Assembly (NCBI GenBank): GCA_963783725.1
Contig: CAWAOJ010000002.1
Span: forward strand, 2,045,279-2,109,278
DNA from: an uncultured Chloroflexia bacterium
GTDB taxonomy: Bacteria > Chloroflexota > Limnocylindria > QHBO01
Length of the DNA stretch: 64,000 nt
Direction of reading: 5' to 3'
Below are positions 9,344 to 20,921 of this stretch, piece after piece. Every line of letters begins with the position of its first letter. The stretch's first letter is position 1. Position numbers and translations under genes: made by a program. The notes beneath the pieces are model-generated. The model saw nothing but the letters and a program-made list of their open reading frames with translations. It did no database searches and was not told the DNA's origin.

Positions 9344-11146
9344 TTGCCAGACCGACTGCGCGTCGCAGCGATCGCGTTTACGCTGCTGCTGACGAGCCTC
9401 GCCAGCGTAACCCCTGCCGCCGCCGGCGGGCTGAAGGTCGTCATCATCGTCGGACCCACCGAGGGCCAGACGGCGGATTACATCAGCTATGCCAAGCAGG
9501 AGGCGGCCGTTGCCGACGCTGCCGGCGCCACCGTCGTCTCCGTGTATTCGCCCAACGCCACCTGGGCCAAGGTGAAGGCCGCGGTCGCGGGCGCCAACGT
9601 GATCATCTACCACGGTCACGGCAACGGCTATCCGAACCCCTACAGCGCCACGGAGTGGACCGACCGCGTCAACGGCTGGAACTTGAACCGGGCGCTCGGG
9701 GCCGGTGACACCGGTGGCGTGTACTGCGGCGAGAAGGCACTCCTCGGCACGCTGAGCTCGAGCGACGGCGCCGACCAGTGGAAGTACTGCGGCGGCAGCA
9801 CCAACACTGACGGCATCGCCCCCGCCGCGAACTTCGTCATGATCTACGCCAACGCCTGCTACGCGCCCGGCGCGGGCGAGGCCCGACCGGCGCCGACTTC
9901 GTCGGTCGCGCGGTCGCGGGTGGCGAACTACTCCTACCCGGCGCTCAAGCTCCACGCCGGCGCCTACTTCGCCACCGACATGGGCGCCGGGCCGATCCTC
10001 GACGCGGTGCTGCGCTCGCGCAGCACCAGCTTCGGGCAGATCTTCACGCGCGGCAACGGCTACGACGCCGGCGCACTGCAGAAGTACGCGCACCCCGACA
10101 TCGCCGGCGACCAGGTCTGGATCCAGAAGACGTACAACACCTGGCTCGGCACCGACTACTGGTACGCCTACGCCGGCAATCCCAACGCCACGCCCGACAA
10201 CGGCAGCGTGGCGCCGCCTCCACCGCCCGCGCCGGCGGTGGTGATCGACCGATTCGCGGGCGGGAACCGCTACGAGACCGCGGCGAGCATCTCCGCGGCG
10301 CAGTTCGACCCGAGTGTCGCGGTGGCCTACGTCGCGGCGGGCACCAACTTCCCCGACGCGCTCGCCGGCGGAGCGGCCGCCGCTCACTTCGGCGGACCCA
10401 TGCTGCTCGTCGCACAGGACTCGCTGCCGTCGGTGACGGCCGGGGAGCTGCAGCGCCTGGCACCGAAGCGCATCGTCGTCCTCGGCGGCACGGCCAGCGT
10501 GTCCGACGCGGTCCTCGCCCAGCTCAAACCGTATGCCGGCAGCGCAGGCAGCGTGCAGCGCATCTCGGGCGGCAACCGCTACGAGACCGCCGCGCTCATC
10601 TCCTCGTCCAGCTTCACCAGCGGGGTCCCGGTGGCGTACGTCGCTGCCGGCACCAACTTCCCCGATGCGCTGGCCGGCGTCCCCGCCAGCGGCGTCAACG
10701 GCGGCCCGGTGCTGCTCGTCTCGCCCACGGCGGTACCGTCGGCCACCGCCACGGAGCTGAAGCGGCTGCAGCCGGGCAGGATCGTCATCCTCGGTGGCAG
10801 CGGCAGCGTCTCGGCCGGCGTGGCCACCGCACTCGGCGCTTACGCCAGCGTCACCCGCCTGGCGGGCAGCGACCGCTACGCGACGTCGGTCGCCATCTCG
10901 AAGGCGAGCTTCACCAGCGCATCAGTCGTCTACGTCGCCACCGGCGCGACCTTCCCGGATGCGCTGGGCGGCGGCCCGGTGGCGGGCATCACCGGCGGAC
11001 CGCTGCTGCTGGTGGCGACGACCGCGCTGCCCGCATCGGTCGCGACCGAGCTCGGACGGCTGCGGCCCGGCCGGGTGGTGATCCTGGGTGGCACCAGCGT
11101 GGTGTCCCAGTCGGTCGCCGACGCGATCGAGAGCCTGCTCGGGTGA
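9344..11146 (+). CDS. Secreted protein: signal peptide + ~280-aa N-terminal domain (possible His/Cys caspase-like peptidase) + three CWB2-type cell-wall-binding repeats.
   Basis: The signal peptide is RLRVAAIAFTLLLTSLASVTPAAA. Three repeats of the G(G/S)NRY(E/A)T...F...GTNFPDAL..GPVLLV...LP...LGG..SVS type are present. The N-terminal domain has the motifs IIYHGHG and MIYANACYAPG. Confidence 0.7.
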   Translation: MPDRLRVAAIAFTLLLTSLASVTPAAAGGLKVVIIVGPTEGQTADYISYAKQEAAVADAAGATVVSVYSPNATWAKVKAAVAGANVIIYHGHGNGYPNPYSATEWTDRVNGWNLNRALGAGDTGGVYCGEKALLGTLSSSDGADQWKYCGGSTNTDGIAPAANFVMIYANACYAPGAGEARPAPTSSVARSRVANYSYPALKLHAGAYFATDMGAGPILDAVLRSRSTSFGQIFTRGNGYDAGALQKYAHPDIAGDQVWIQKTYNTWLGTDYWYAYAGNPNATPDNGSVAPPPPPAPAVVIDRFAGGNRYETAASISAAQFDPSVAVAYVAAGTNFPDALAGGAAAAHFGGPMLLVAQDSLPSVTAGELQRLAPKRIVVLGGTASVSDAVLAQLKPYAGSAGSVQRISGGNRYETAALISSSSFTSGVPVAYVAAGTNFPDALAGVPASGVNGGPVLLVSPTAVPSATATELKRLQPGRIVILGGSGSVSAGVATALGAYASVTRLAGSDRYATSVAISKASFTSASVVYVATGATFPDALGGGPVAGITGGPLLLVATTALPASVATELGRLRPGRVVILGGTSVVSQSVADAIESLLG

Positions 11147-11173
11147 TCGACACGACCCAGGCCTGCGGCTAGG

Positions 11174-13478
11174 ATGGCCGCCCTCGCCGAACCTGCGGGC
11201 ACCAGGAGAAGCACAAGTCACGTGATCTCGCCGAATCGACTCCTCGTTGCGCTCCTCGCGCTGACCATCGCGCTGCCGCTGGCGGCGGCACCGGTTGCCG
11301 CCGCCGATCCCGCCGGGGCGCCGCTGCCGGCGGAGCTGAGCCACCCGTCGGCACAGGCGGAGATGCTGGCGCTGCACGCGAACGACCGGGTAGCCGCTGC
11401 CCCCAGCGCCTCCGGCTCGGTCGAGTCGCTGGGCACCGACACCGCGCCGCTGGCGACGGTCGCCTCCGCCTACTCCGGCCCCGCGGGGGCGCTTCCGAAC
11501 GGGCTGCGCCGCGAGGTCCTCGGCTTTCTGCCGTACTGGTACCTGACCCCCTCCAAGCTGGCGGCGCTGCGCTACGACCTCGTCTCCACCATCGCCTACT
11601 TCAGCGTCGGCGCTCAGTCGAACGGCTACCTGCTGCGCGGCACGAGCAGCAACCCGGCCATCGGCTGGACGAGCTGGAACTCGTCGGCCATGACCGGCGT
11701 GATCAACGCCGCCCACGCCCGCGGCGTGCGCGTGGTGCCGACGATCACGATGATGGCCTGGGACTACGACTTCACCGGCATGACCCAGCTCCTCACCAGC
11801 AGCACGTATCGCACGCGGCTGGTGGGAGAGATCGTGAAGATGGTCGCCGACCGCCGGGCCGATGGCGTGAACATCGACTTCGAGCCCGTGCCGTCGTCGC
11901 TGCGAGCGGCGTTCACTGCCTTCGTGCGACAGGTGAAGGCGGGCCTCGTCAATGCTCACCTCCCCTCCTACGTCACGGTCGACACCTCGGCCGGCGCGGC
12001 GGCCTGGTCCACCGGCTACGACGTCCTGGGGCTGACCGCGCCGGGGGCCGCCAACGCGCTGATGGTGATGGCCTACGATCTCAACTGGTCCGGCTCCTCG
12101 CGCGCCGGCGGCGTCGCTCCCATCGACAGCCCCTACGCCTATGACGTGCGCCAGGCGATGACCGACTACCTGGCCCTCGGCGCGCCCCCCGGCAAGCTGA
12201 TCTGGGGCGTCCCGTACTACGGCCGTGCCTGGAACACCGCCGACGGCTCGCTGAACGCCGTGGTGCGCTCGCCGGCGAGCTCGACCGCATTCATCTACTA
12301 CGGGACCGATGCCGACGGGCCTTACGGCGGCAAGGTGCTGGGCCAGACCTACGGCCGCAAGTGGGACGCCACCGGGCAGGGGGCGTGGGTCGCCTGGCAG
12401 GCCAGCGACGGCTGGCGCGAGGCCTACTACGACGATCCGGCATCGCTGGGCGTGAAGTACCGCATGGTGAGCGGCAGGGCGATGGCCGGGATCGGCATCT
12501 GGTCGCTCGGCATGGACGCCGGCACCAACGACCTGTCGAACGTGATCTACGACCGCTTCGTGAAGCTCGACGTGCGACTGGCGGGGTCGAACCGATACGC
12601 CACCGCCGCGGCGGTCAGCCGCTCGAGCTTCGGAGCCGGGCGCCGCGGTCGCCTACGTCGCGAGCGGCGAGGGCTTCGCCGACGCGCTGGCCGGCGGCCC
12701 GGCCGCCGCGCTCGGAAAGGGCCCGGTGCTGCTCACCGCGCGCGACAGCCTGCCCTCCGCAACCGCCACAGAGCTCGGGCGCCTCGCGCCGCAGCGGATC
12801 GTGGTCCTTGGTGGTACGGCGGTCGTGTCCGACGTTGTGCTCCGCGCCCTTGGCAAGTACACGACCGGCGGCGTGACGCGAGTGGCGGGCACGAATCGCT
12901 ACGCCACCGCGGCGGCGATCAGCTCGGTCTTCCCGGCCGGCGTGAAGACGGCCTACGTCTCGAGCGGGCTGGCCTTCGCCGACGCGCTCTCCGGGGGCGC
13001 CTCGGCCGCCAGGCAGTCCGCGCCGATGCTGCTGACCACCAACCGCTCGACGGTGCCGCAGGCGACGCTCGACGCGCTCGGGCGCCTTAAGCCGGGGCGC
13101 ATCGTCGTGCTCGGCGGCTCGGGGATGGTCCCCGACGCGCAGCTCGCCACGCTCGCCCGCTACACCTCCGGCACCGTGACGCGCCTGGCGGGCGTCGACC
13201 GCTACGCGACTTCCGTCGCCGTCAGCCGAGCGAGCTTCGGCGCCGACGCGCCAGGGACCGTCTACCTGGCGACGGGGGCCAACTTCCCGGACGGCCTTGC
13301 CGGCGCATCGCCGGCGGGGCTGGGCGCCTCGCCGCTGTTGTTGACCGGCTCGACCAGCCTCCCGTCGGTCGTCGCCGACGAGCTGAGGCGCCTGAACCCG
13401 TCGCGGGTCGTGATCCTGGGCGGGACCGCATCGGTCGGCAGTGGAGTGGTGGCGCAGGTTCGCGCGCTCTGGGACTGA
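11174..13478 (+). CDS. Secreted GH18 (chitinase-like) domain protein with three C-terminal CWB2 repeats; one frameshift near 12620-12635.
   Basis: The GH18 catalytic block DGVNIDFEP is present. The C-terminal repeats continue in another frame (ORF 12726-13478), so the frame junction is near 12628. An alternative start is the GTG at 11222. Confidence 0.7.
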
Positions 13479-13567
13479 CGGCGTGGGCCGATAGGGCCAT
13501 GGAGGTTCCACAGGCGGCCACATAGCGTGGCCGAGCGAACCCATCCAGCGACCCGAGGAGACCATTC

Positions 13568-14986
13568 ATGGGGGATTCCCGCGCCCCGTTCCGCCGTTTC
13601 GCCAGCCTTCTGATCGTCCCCGCCCTGGTGGCGCTGATGACGGCGACGTCCGTCGTCCCGGCCATGGCGGTGGGCGGCCAGACCTACGTGCAGCTGACCA
13701 ACGTCAAGCGCGCTTCGGTGGGCAAGCCGCCGGTCGCCTTCTCCTCGGCGATCGACCAGATCACCGTCGAGCGCGCGCAGCAGCTCGCCTCCACCGACGT
13801 CTTCGCCCATGACCTGGCCTACGTCACGCGGCGCATGACGCAGCTCGGCCTCTGCTACACCGGCTATGGCGAGATCATCGCCTGGGAGAGCGGCTACGCG
13901 ACCTACGACTACCAGCGCACGATCAACCAGTGGTGGGCGTCGCCCACCCACCAGGCGATCATGCTCGGCGACTACAACGCCGCCGGCGGAAGCCACGCCA
14001 AGTCGAGCGCCAGCGGCAAGACCTACTCGGTGATGGTCTTCGCCAAGCTGTGCCAGGCGCCGGCCGTGACCGCCAGCGACGTCTCGCGACTGGCCGGCAG
14101 CGACCGATATGCCACCGCCGCCGCAATCAGCCGCTCGCGCTTCGCCGCCGGCGTGCCGGTCGTCTACCTCGCCACCGGCGTCGGCTTCCCCGACGCGCTC
14201 TCGGCTGCAGCCGCGGTGGCGAGCAAGGACGGGCCGGTGCTGCTCACCGCGCGCGACGCCCTTCCCTCCGCCACCGCGACCGAGCTCGCGCGCCTGAAGC
14301 CGGCCCGCATCGTGGTCGTCGGCGGCACCGGGGTCATCTCGGACGCCGTCGCTCGCGCCGCCGACGCGTACACCGCCGGTTCGGTGACCCGCCTGGCGGG
14401 CGCGGACCGCTACGCCACCGCGGCGGCGGTCAGCCGCTCCAGCTTCAGCAGCGGCCGGCCGGTCGTGTACATCTCCACGGGACAGCAGTTCGCCGATGCT
14501 CTCGGTGGCAGCGCGGCCGCGGGACGCGACGGCGGGCCGATCCTCCTCGTCCAGCGCGGAAGCGTGCCGTCCTCGACGGCGACCGAGCTCGCGCGCCTCA
14601 AGCCAGGACGCATCGTCGTGCTCGGTGGCTCCGCCGCGGTGAGCGACGCGGTCGTCGCCGCGCTCTCGCGCTACGCCTCCGGTGGCGTCACGCGCATCGC
14701 CGGCAGCGATCGCTACGCGACCGCGGTCAAGCTGAGCCGCGCCGGCTTCGCCTCGGACGCGGCGAGCGTGTACGTGGCGACAGGGGCGAAGTTCGCCGAC
14801 GGGCTGGCCGGCGGCCCGGTGGCCGCGCTCCTGCCGGCGCCGCTGCTGCTCGTCACCTCGACCACCGTCCCGTCGGCGGTCGGCAGCGAGGTCCAGCGCC
14901 TGGCGCCGGACCGAATCGTCGTCCTGGGCGGCAGCGAGGTCGTCTCGAACTCGGTGGTGCAGCAGCTCGACGCGCTGGTGCCCTAG
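13568..14986 (+). CDS. Secreted CAP/SCP/PR-1-like domain protein with three CWB2 repeats.
   Basis: Signal peptide, then a CAP-like block (HDLAYV...[14 protein letters not shown]...[12 protein letters not shown]) and three CWB2 repeats. A GGAGA SD precedes the ATG. Confidence 0.75.
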   Translation: MGDSRAPFRRFASLLIVPALVALMTATSVVPAMAVGGQTYVQLTNVKRASVGKPPVAFSSAIDQITVERAQQLASTDVFAHDLAYVTRRMTQLGLCYTGYGEIIAWESGYATYDYQRTINQWWASPTHQAIMLGDYNAAGGSHAKSSASGKTYSVMVFAKLCQAPAVTASDVSRLAGSDRYATAAAISRSRFAAGVPVVYLATGVGFPDALSAAAAVASKDGPVLLTARDALPSATATELARLKPARIVVVGGTGVISDAVARAADAYTAGSVTRLAGADRYATAAAVSRSSFSSGRPVVYISTGQQFADALGGSAAAGRDGGPILLVQRGSVPSSTATELARLKPGRIVVLGGSAAVSDAVVAALSRYASGGVTRIAGSDRYATAVKLSRAGFASDAASVYVATGAKFADGLAGGPVAALLPAPLLLVTSTTVPSAVGSEVQRLAPDRIVVLGGSEVVSNSVVQQLDALVP

Positions 14987-15885
14987 CCGGCCCTTCGGGC
15001 GGCGAGGACCGACTCCCACAGCTCGGACATGCGGCGGCGGTGTGCCGCGGCGTCGAAGCGGGACGCCTCGGCCGCCACCGCCGACGGATCGTAGTCCGGG
15101 ACGCCGGCAAGGGCGGCCGCGAAGTCGCCGTCGCGGACGAGCGTGCCGGTGACGCCGTCGCGAACGACGTCCGGCAGCCCGCCGACGGCGCTGGCCACCA
15201 CCCAGCGACCCGAGGCCGTCGCTTCCGCGGCGACGAGGCCGTATCCCTCGGCGGTCGAGGGGACGAGGACGACGTCGTGGGACGCGATCAGGTCGGGAAT
15301 CTCGTCGGGCGCGACCTCGTGCAGGCCAGGACCGGCCAACGTGTCCGCCAGCCGGCGCGCGACCTCGACTCCCTTGTAGGCGGCGTCTCCGCCCAGGTAC
15401 AGCACGCGGCGTTGCGACGGCCGCCGCGACGGATGGAAGCGCGACAGGTCGATGCCCGGCGGGATCACGGCAGCGCGTGCACCCAGGCGCTCGACCTTGG
15501 CCGCGGTGGCGGTCGAGTTGGTGGCCACCGCGTCGGCGCCGCGAACCACCACGCGCGCCAGCCAGCGCATCAGCGCGTTCCGCTCGGCCAACGCTCCCAC
15601 GTCGCTGCCGTGCGCGTAGACGACCAGTGGCAGGCCGCGAATGCGGGCGGCGAGAAGCGCCACGACCCCCGAGGGGAGCACGAAGTGGCCCTCCACGCCG
15701 TCGTACCGTCCGCGGTCGGTGAGCGCGCGCCAGGTGAGCGCCAGGTATCTCTGCCAGCCCGGCCGGTCGTATTCGCCGGCCGACAGGACGCGAGCATCGG
15801 CGCCGGCCAGGCGCTGCTGCACGAACGAGCCTGCGGCGGGGTGGTGCGGAGTGGGGTAGCGGGCGGTGATCACCAGCAGGCGCAT
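14983..15885 (-). CDS. GT4-family glycosyltransferase (short form).
   Basis: [12 protein letters not shown]-terminus and a GT4 C-terminal [10 protein letters not shown]...G block. The upstream 181 codons of the track ORF are antisense to rph and were trimmed. Confidence 0.6.
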   Translation of the reverse strand: MRLLVITARYPTPHHPAAGSFVQQRLAGADARVLSAGEYDRPGWQRYLALTWRALTDRGRYDGVEGHFVLPSGVVALLAARIRGLPLVVYAHGSDVGALAERNALMRWLARVVVRGADAVATNSTATAAKVERLGARAAVIPPGIDLSRFHPSRRPSQRRVLYLGGDAAYKGVEVARRLADTLAGPGLHEVAPDEIPDLIASHDVVLVPSTAEGYGLVAAEATASGRWVVASAVGGLPDVVRDGVTGTLVRDGDFAAALAGVPDYDPSAVAAEASRFDAAAHRRRMSELWESVLAARRAG

Positions 15886-15918
15886 CGGGCCGACGGTAGC
15901 ACCATCTACAATCGCGGC

Positions 15919-16656
15919 GTGACCTCCACCGCCGCGCCCTCCAGGCGCATCGACGGCCGCCTGCCCAACCAGATGCGTCCGGTGAAGATCGTGCCCGACT
16001 ACCTCAAGTTCGCCGAGGGCTCGGTCCTCATCCGCGTCGGCGACACGCGCGTCCTGTGCGCCGCCAGCATCGAGGACCGCGTTCCCGGCTGGCTGCGGGG
16101 CAAGGGTCGCGGCTGGGTCACCGCCGAGTACAGCATGCTGCCGCGAGCGGGCACCGAGCGCAGCCAGCGCGAGGCGTCGCGCGGAGCGATCGGCGGGCGC
16201 ACCCACGAGATCCAGCGCCTCATCGGCCGCTCGTTGCGCACCTGCGTCGACATGGCGCGCCTGGGCGAGCGCACCATCACGCTCGACTGCGACGTCATCC
16301 AGGCCGATGGCGGGACGCGCACGGCGAGCATCACGGGCGCCTACGTCGCCCTCGCGCGCGCCCTGCGCAAGTACGGCATGGGGCATCTCCTCACCCAGCA
16401 GGTGGGGGCGGTCAGCGTGGGGATGCACGGCGGCCGGCTGCTGCTGGACCTGAACTACGCGGAGGACTCAAGCGCCGAGGTGGACTTCAACGTCGTCATG
16501 CTCGGCGACGGCCGCTTCGTGGAGATGCAGGGGACGGCCGAGCACGAGCCGTTCACGCGCGAGCAGGCGGACCAGATGGTCGAGCTCGCGGCGGCCGGCA
16601 TCCGCCAGCTGTTCACGCTGCAGAACGCCGCCGTCGAGGCGCCCGCCGGCGAGTGA
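15919..16656 (+). CDS. rph: Ribonuclease PH.
   Basis: Aligns along its whole length with E. coli Rph (MRPV..., GSVL...[33 protein letters not shown]). A GTG start was chosen by alignment. Confidence 0.85.
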   Translation: MTSTAAPSRRIDGRLPNQMRPVKIVPDYLKFAEGSVLIRVGDTRVLCAASIEDRVPGWLRGKGRGWVTAEYSMLPRAGTERSQREASRGAIGGRTHEIQRLIGRSLRTCVDMARLGERTITLDCDVIQADGGTRTASITGAYVALARALRKYGMGHLLTQQVGAVSVGMHGGRLLLDLNYAEDSSAEVDFNVVMLGDGRFVEMQGTAEHEPFTREQADQMVELAAAGIRQLFTLQNAAVEAPAGE

Positions 16657-17246
16657 GGGAGCTCCTCCTCGCCACCACCAACCCGGGCAAGCAGCGCGAG
16701 TTCATGCGCCTGCTCGACGGCCTGCCGGGCCGCGTGGTGCTTCCGCAGCAGATCGGCGTGGCTCTCGACGTCGACGAGCCGTACGACACCTACGTCGAGA
16801 ACGGCAGCGCCAAGGCCGATGCATGGTGCAGGGCGTCCGGGCTGCTCACCCTCGCCGACGACTCCGGCATCGAAGTGGCGGCGCTCGACTGGCGTCCCGG
16901 CGTCCACACCGCCCGCTTCGGCGGCCCCGAGGTGACCGACAAGGCGAGCTACCTGATCGAGCAGCTGGACGGCGCGTCGGATCGCAGGGCGCGCATGCGC
17001 TGCCTGCTGGCCGTCGGCATCCCGATGGCCGACGGGCCGAGCATCGAGCTGTTCGAGGGCCTCATGCACGGCAGCGTGGCCACGTCGCGCCGCGGCGAGG
17101 GCGGCTTCGGCTACGACCCGGTCTTCCTCCTCCCCTCGGGCGTGACGACCGCCGAGCTGCCGGAAGAGGAAAAGGACCGCATCTCGCACCGCGGCCGCGC
17201 CGTGGCGGCCGCCTGGCCGCGACTGACCGAGCTGCTCTCCAACTGA
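16653..17246 (+). CDS. rdgB: dITP/XTP pyrophosphatase (RdgB/Ham1).
   Basis: [10 protein letters not shown]...FGYDPVF motifs. The GTG start overlaps the rph stop (GTGA). Confidence 0.85.
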   Translation: MRELLLATTNPGKQREFMRLLDGLPGRVVLPQQIGVALDVDEPYDTYVENGSAKADAWCRASGLLTLADDSGIEVAALDWRPGVHTARFGGPEVTDKASYLIEQLDGASDRRARMRCLLAVGIPMADGPSIELFEGLMHGSVATSRRGEGGFGYDPVFLLPSGVTTAELPEEEKDRISHRGRAVAAAWPRLTELLSN

Positions 17247-17273
17247 TCCCTCCCGCGCGTTGGCGCCCCATAC

Positions 17274-17319
17274 GTACGGGGTCGAAGGTCCACTTTGTCG
17301 CCCCGAAGCGACCCCGTAC
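17274..17319 (+). promoter_or_regulatory. Perfect 11-bp inverted repeat (GTACGGGGTCG ... CGACCCCGTAC, 24-nt loop) in the leader of the S8 peptidase gene.
   Basis: Seen directly in the sequence. Its 5' arm lies within a 14-nt core CGTACGGGGTCGAA that is also present in the two ~120-nt elements at 57.7 and 58.3 kb. Confidence 0.4.
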
Positions 17320-17393
17320 CGTCGATGCACCCGGCGGCCCGAGCGCGTGGGCACTCGCCTCGACCCGTCGGAGTTCCCGGAGCCCCAGCCATC

Positions 17394-20260
17394 GTGTCGC
17401 GATCCCGCTCGGTCGTCCTCAGCCTCGTCCTGCTCGCCACCTCGGCACTCCCCGCCGCCGCCGCCTCGCCATCGCCGGCGGCGACGACCGGCGCGCCAGC
17501 CCGCGCCAAGCAGGCAGCCACGCCCGCGGCACGCTTTGTTCCGGGTCGCGTCATCGTGCGCTGGAAGGACCCCGTCGTCGGGCCGGCGCGCGAGAAGGCG
17601 CACGGACTGGCGCGCTTGGTGACGCTGCCCGGCCCCGGCGCGCCGGGCCTGCTCGGCACGAAAGGGAAGGGCGTCGGCAAGACCGTCGCCGAGCTGCGGG
17701 CCGATCCCGCCGTCGCCTGGGCGCAGCCCGACTACATCGTCAGCGCCGAGGGGGGGAGGTGAGCGCGGTGGGGGTGAACGACCCGCTCACCACCAGGCAG
17801 TACTCGCTCGACCGGATGCGGGTGCGTGACGCATGGTCGCTCACCAAGGGCGGATCGACGGTCGTGGCGGTGGTCGACACCGGCGTGCAGTTCAACCATC
17901 CCGACCTGCAGGGACGGCTGCTCGGCGGCTACGACTTCGTGAACCGCGACTCCGACGCCAGCGACGACAACGGGCACGGCACCTGGGTCTCCGGGGTCAT
18001 CGCCGCCAACCCCAACAACGGGATCGGCACGGCGGGCATCACCTGGACCAACAAGGTGCTGCCGGTCAAGGTCATGGACGCCACGGGACACGGCATGACG
18101 TCGGACCTCGCGCTGGGGATCGACTACGCCGTCCAGCACGGGGCCAGGATCATCAACCTCAGCCTGGGCGGCTTCCCGGACGAGTACCTCGTCAAGGACG
18201 CCATCAGCCGTGCCTGGACCGCCGGGGCCGTCGTCGTGGCGGCCGCCGGCAACTACCGCACCTCGCAGCCCTCGTACCCGGCCAGCTACCCGCACGTGAT
18301 CTCCGTATCGGCGACGCAGGCCGACGACGAGTTCACCAACTGGTCGAACTACGGGCTCAACGTGGACGTCGCCGCGCCCGGCGCCGCGGTGACCACCACC
18401 AACTGCAACGCGTGCAACGGCTGGGGCGACTACACCGACATCAGCGGCACCTCGTTCTCGACGCCCAACGCGGCGGGGGTGGTGGCGCTGATCATGGCCC
18501 GCTACCCTGCTGCCACCAACTCGTGGGTCGTGGACCGGCTGCTCGGAACGGCCGACGACCTGGGCTTCGCCGGCTGGGACGACCGATACGGGCGCGGCCG
18601 GATCAACGCCTGGCGCGCGGTCGGCGGCTCGCCACCCGCGACGGCCGCCCAGATCGGGGACGGGTGGGAGCTCAACCAAGCCCCCGGCACCGCTCGCAGC
18701 CTTGGTTTCGGCACCTTCTCGCCCACCAACTACCCTGCCGGCGACGTGGACTTCTTCCGCTTCACTGCGCCGCGCGCGGGCCGCATCGACGTCGCGGTAA
18801 CGCCAGTGGTCGACAGCGTGCGGCTTCCCAAGAGCTCCCTCTCGTTCGACCCGATGCTCGAGCTGTGGGTCAACGGCGCTTTGGTCAAGAGCGTGGACAA
18901 CCCGACCGATTCGACGGCCGTCGAGCGCGTTTCGTACCAGGCCGCCGGGCCGACCGCGATCGTGATCGGCGTGCGCAACTGGCTGCCCAACGGCAGCAGG
19001 GTCGCCTATCCGCTCTCGGGCGCCTTCGTCGACAACGTCGCGCCGACCATCGTCGCCCGATCCCCCGGACCGGGGGTCTCGGGCTTCGGTGACGGCAGCG
19101 TGACGCCCACCATCTCGTTCAGCGAAGCGGTGAGCGGCGTCGGCGCGACGACGCTCGGCCTGCGCAACGCTGCGGGCGCGGCCATCACCGCATCGGTCAC
19201 CTACGACGCGGCGCAGCGGCGCGCGACGATCACCCCGCAGTGGCCGCTCGGCGGCGAGCAGACGTTCAGCGTGGTCGTCGGTCCTGGCATTCGCGATCTC
19301 GCGGGCAACGCGCTCGCCGCCACCTCGTGGCAGTTCACCACCGGCCAGCTCGCCTATCGCCTCGCCGGCGCGAACCGCTATGCGACCTCGGCGACGCTCA
19401 GCGCCGCCACGTTCGCGCCGGGCGTTCCGGCCGCCGTGCTGGCCACCGGGAGCGGATATCCCGACGCGCTGGCGGGCGCGTCGCTCGCCAAGCGGCTCGG
19501 TGGCCCCGTGCTCCTGGTCGGCCGTGACGCCATCCCTGCGGCGGTCGCGGCGGAGCTCTCACGACTGCGACCGGGGCGCATCGTCGTCCTGGGCGGCACC
19601 GCCAGCATCAGTTCCGCCGTCGCGACCGCGGCGGCCGGCTACACCTCCGGTGGCGTGACGCGCATCTCGGGCAGCGACCGCTACGCCACGGCGTCGGCGG
19701 TCAGCGCGAAGACCTCTTCCCCGGGCGTCGCCACCGCCTACGTGGCGACAGGCCTGGGCTTCCCCGACGCGCTCGCCGGTGCGGCGGTCGCGGCACGCGA
19801 CGGCGCGCCGGTGCTGCTCGTGAGCCGCTGGTCGGTCCCGGCCAGCACGGCGGCCGAGCTGACGCGGCTGCATCCGGGCCGGATCGTGGTGCTGGGCGGC
19901 AGCGCGGTGGTCTCGGACGGCGTGCTGACGGCGCTGCGCGGCTACACCGCGGGCGGCGTGTCGCGCCTCGCCGGCAGCGACCGCTACGCGACCGCGGTGG
20001 CCATCAGCGCCGCGAACTTCGCCGCCAACGGTCCCGACACGGTCTACGTCAGCGCCGGGGCGAACTTCCCCGACAGCCTGTCGGCCGGACCGATAGCGGG
20101 GCGCGGCGCCGACCCCGTGCTGCTCGTGCCGCGGACGTCGCTGCCGAGCGCCGTGGCGGCCGAGATCGCGCGTCTCAACCCATCGCAGGTCGTGGTCATC
20201 GGCGGCAGCGCGTCGGTCAGCGATGCGGTGCGCGGGGCGATCCAGGCGCTGCTGGACTAG
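17394..20260 (+). CDS. Secreted subtilisin-like (S8) serine peptidase: I9-type propeptide, S8 catalytic domain, SbsA-type Ig-like domain and three CWB2 repeats; frame break at a G7 run (17751-17757).
   Basis: The propeptide ORF (frame 0, stop at 17760-17762) and the catalytic region (frame 2: VVDTGV...HGT...GTS) are split at GGGGGGG. A GTG start at 17394 gives the signal peptide [23 protein letters not shown]. Confidence 0.7.
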
Positions 20261-20325
20261 GGCCCGCCGCGGCCGTCGCCTCGGCGCTCGGGTAGAATCT
20301 GCGGCGACTCTTCCGTGGAGGCCGC

Positions 20326-20921
20326 ATGAACGACCGCGCGTCCGTGCGCATCCACCCCACGGCCGAGGTCTCGCCGAGGCGAGCATCGGTCCCGGCACCA
20401 GCATCTGGAACCAGGCCCAGGTGCGCGAGGGTGCTCGCATCGGGGCTGGCTGCGTCGTCGCCAAGAACGTCTACGTCGATGCCGGCGTGGTCGTCGGGGA
20501 CAATGTCAAGATCGGCAACAACGTCAGCCTCTTCCACGGATTGACGGTGGAGGACGGCGTCTTCATCGGTCCTCACGTCTGCTTCACAAACGACCGGCTG
20601 CCACGCGCCATCAACCCCGATGGCTCGCTGAAGGGCGCGGACGACTGGGAGGTCAGCCCCACCCTGGTGCGCCACGGCGCGTCGCTGGGGGCCAACAGCA
20701 CCATCCTGCCCGGCATCACCATCGGCCGATGGGCGATGGTCGGCTCGGGAGCGGTGGTGACCCGCGACGTGGCCGACAACGAGCTGGTGGTCGGCAACCC
20801 GGCGCGCCGTCTCGGCGGGGCCTGCCGCTGCGGCCAGCCGCTGCGCGACGCCGCCGACGGCACGCCCTTCACGGGCGAATGCCCGCGCTGCGGCGAGCCG
20901 TTCACCGCGGGCGCCAGGTGA
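20326..20921 (+). CDS. Left-handed beta-helix (hexapeptide-repeat) sugar N-acetyltransferase, WbpD/PglD-like; single-base frameshift near 20370-20380.
   Basis: [16 protein letters not shown] in frame 1 continues as [15 protein letters not shown]... in frame 0. The break looks like one missing G in ccgGaggcg. Confidence 0.7.

Noticed and set aside
7217-10387. 1056-aa ORF on the minus strand.
   Set aside because: It is antisense to mreB, mreC and the first CWB2 gene. Its composition is Arg/Ala/Gly/Pro-rich low complexity, typical of spurious open frames in 70% GC DNA.
13930-16656. 908-aa ORF on the plus strand.
   Set aside because: Only its last ~246 codons (rph, from the GTG at 15919) are protein-like. 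The rest is an alternate frame of the CAP-CWB2 gene or antisense to the GT4 gene.
16823-17758. 5' extension of the S8 ORF in frame 2 (1145-aa track ORF).
   Set aside because: It overlaps rdgB out of frame and has no signal peptide. The real N-terminus (signal peptide plus propeptide) is in frame 0 from 17394.
20260-20326. TAGAAT -10-like hexamer upstream of the acetyltransferase gene.
   Set aside because: There is no convincing -35 partner at 16-18 nt, so it is too weak to call on its own.
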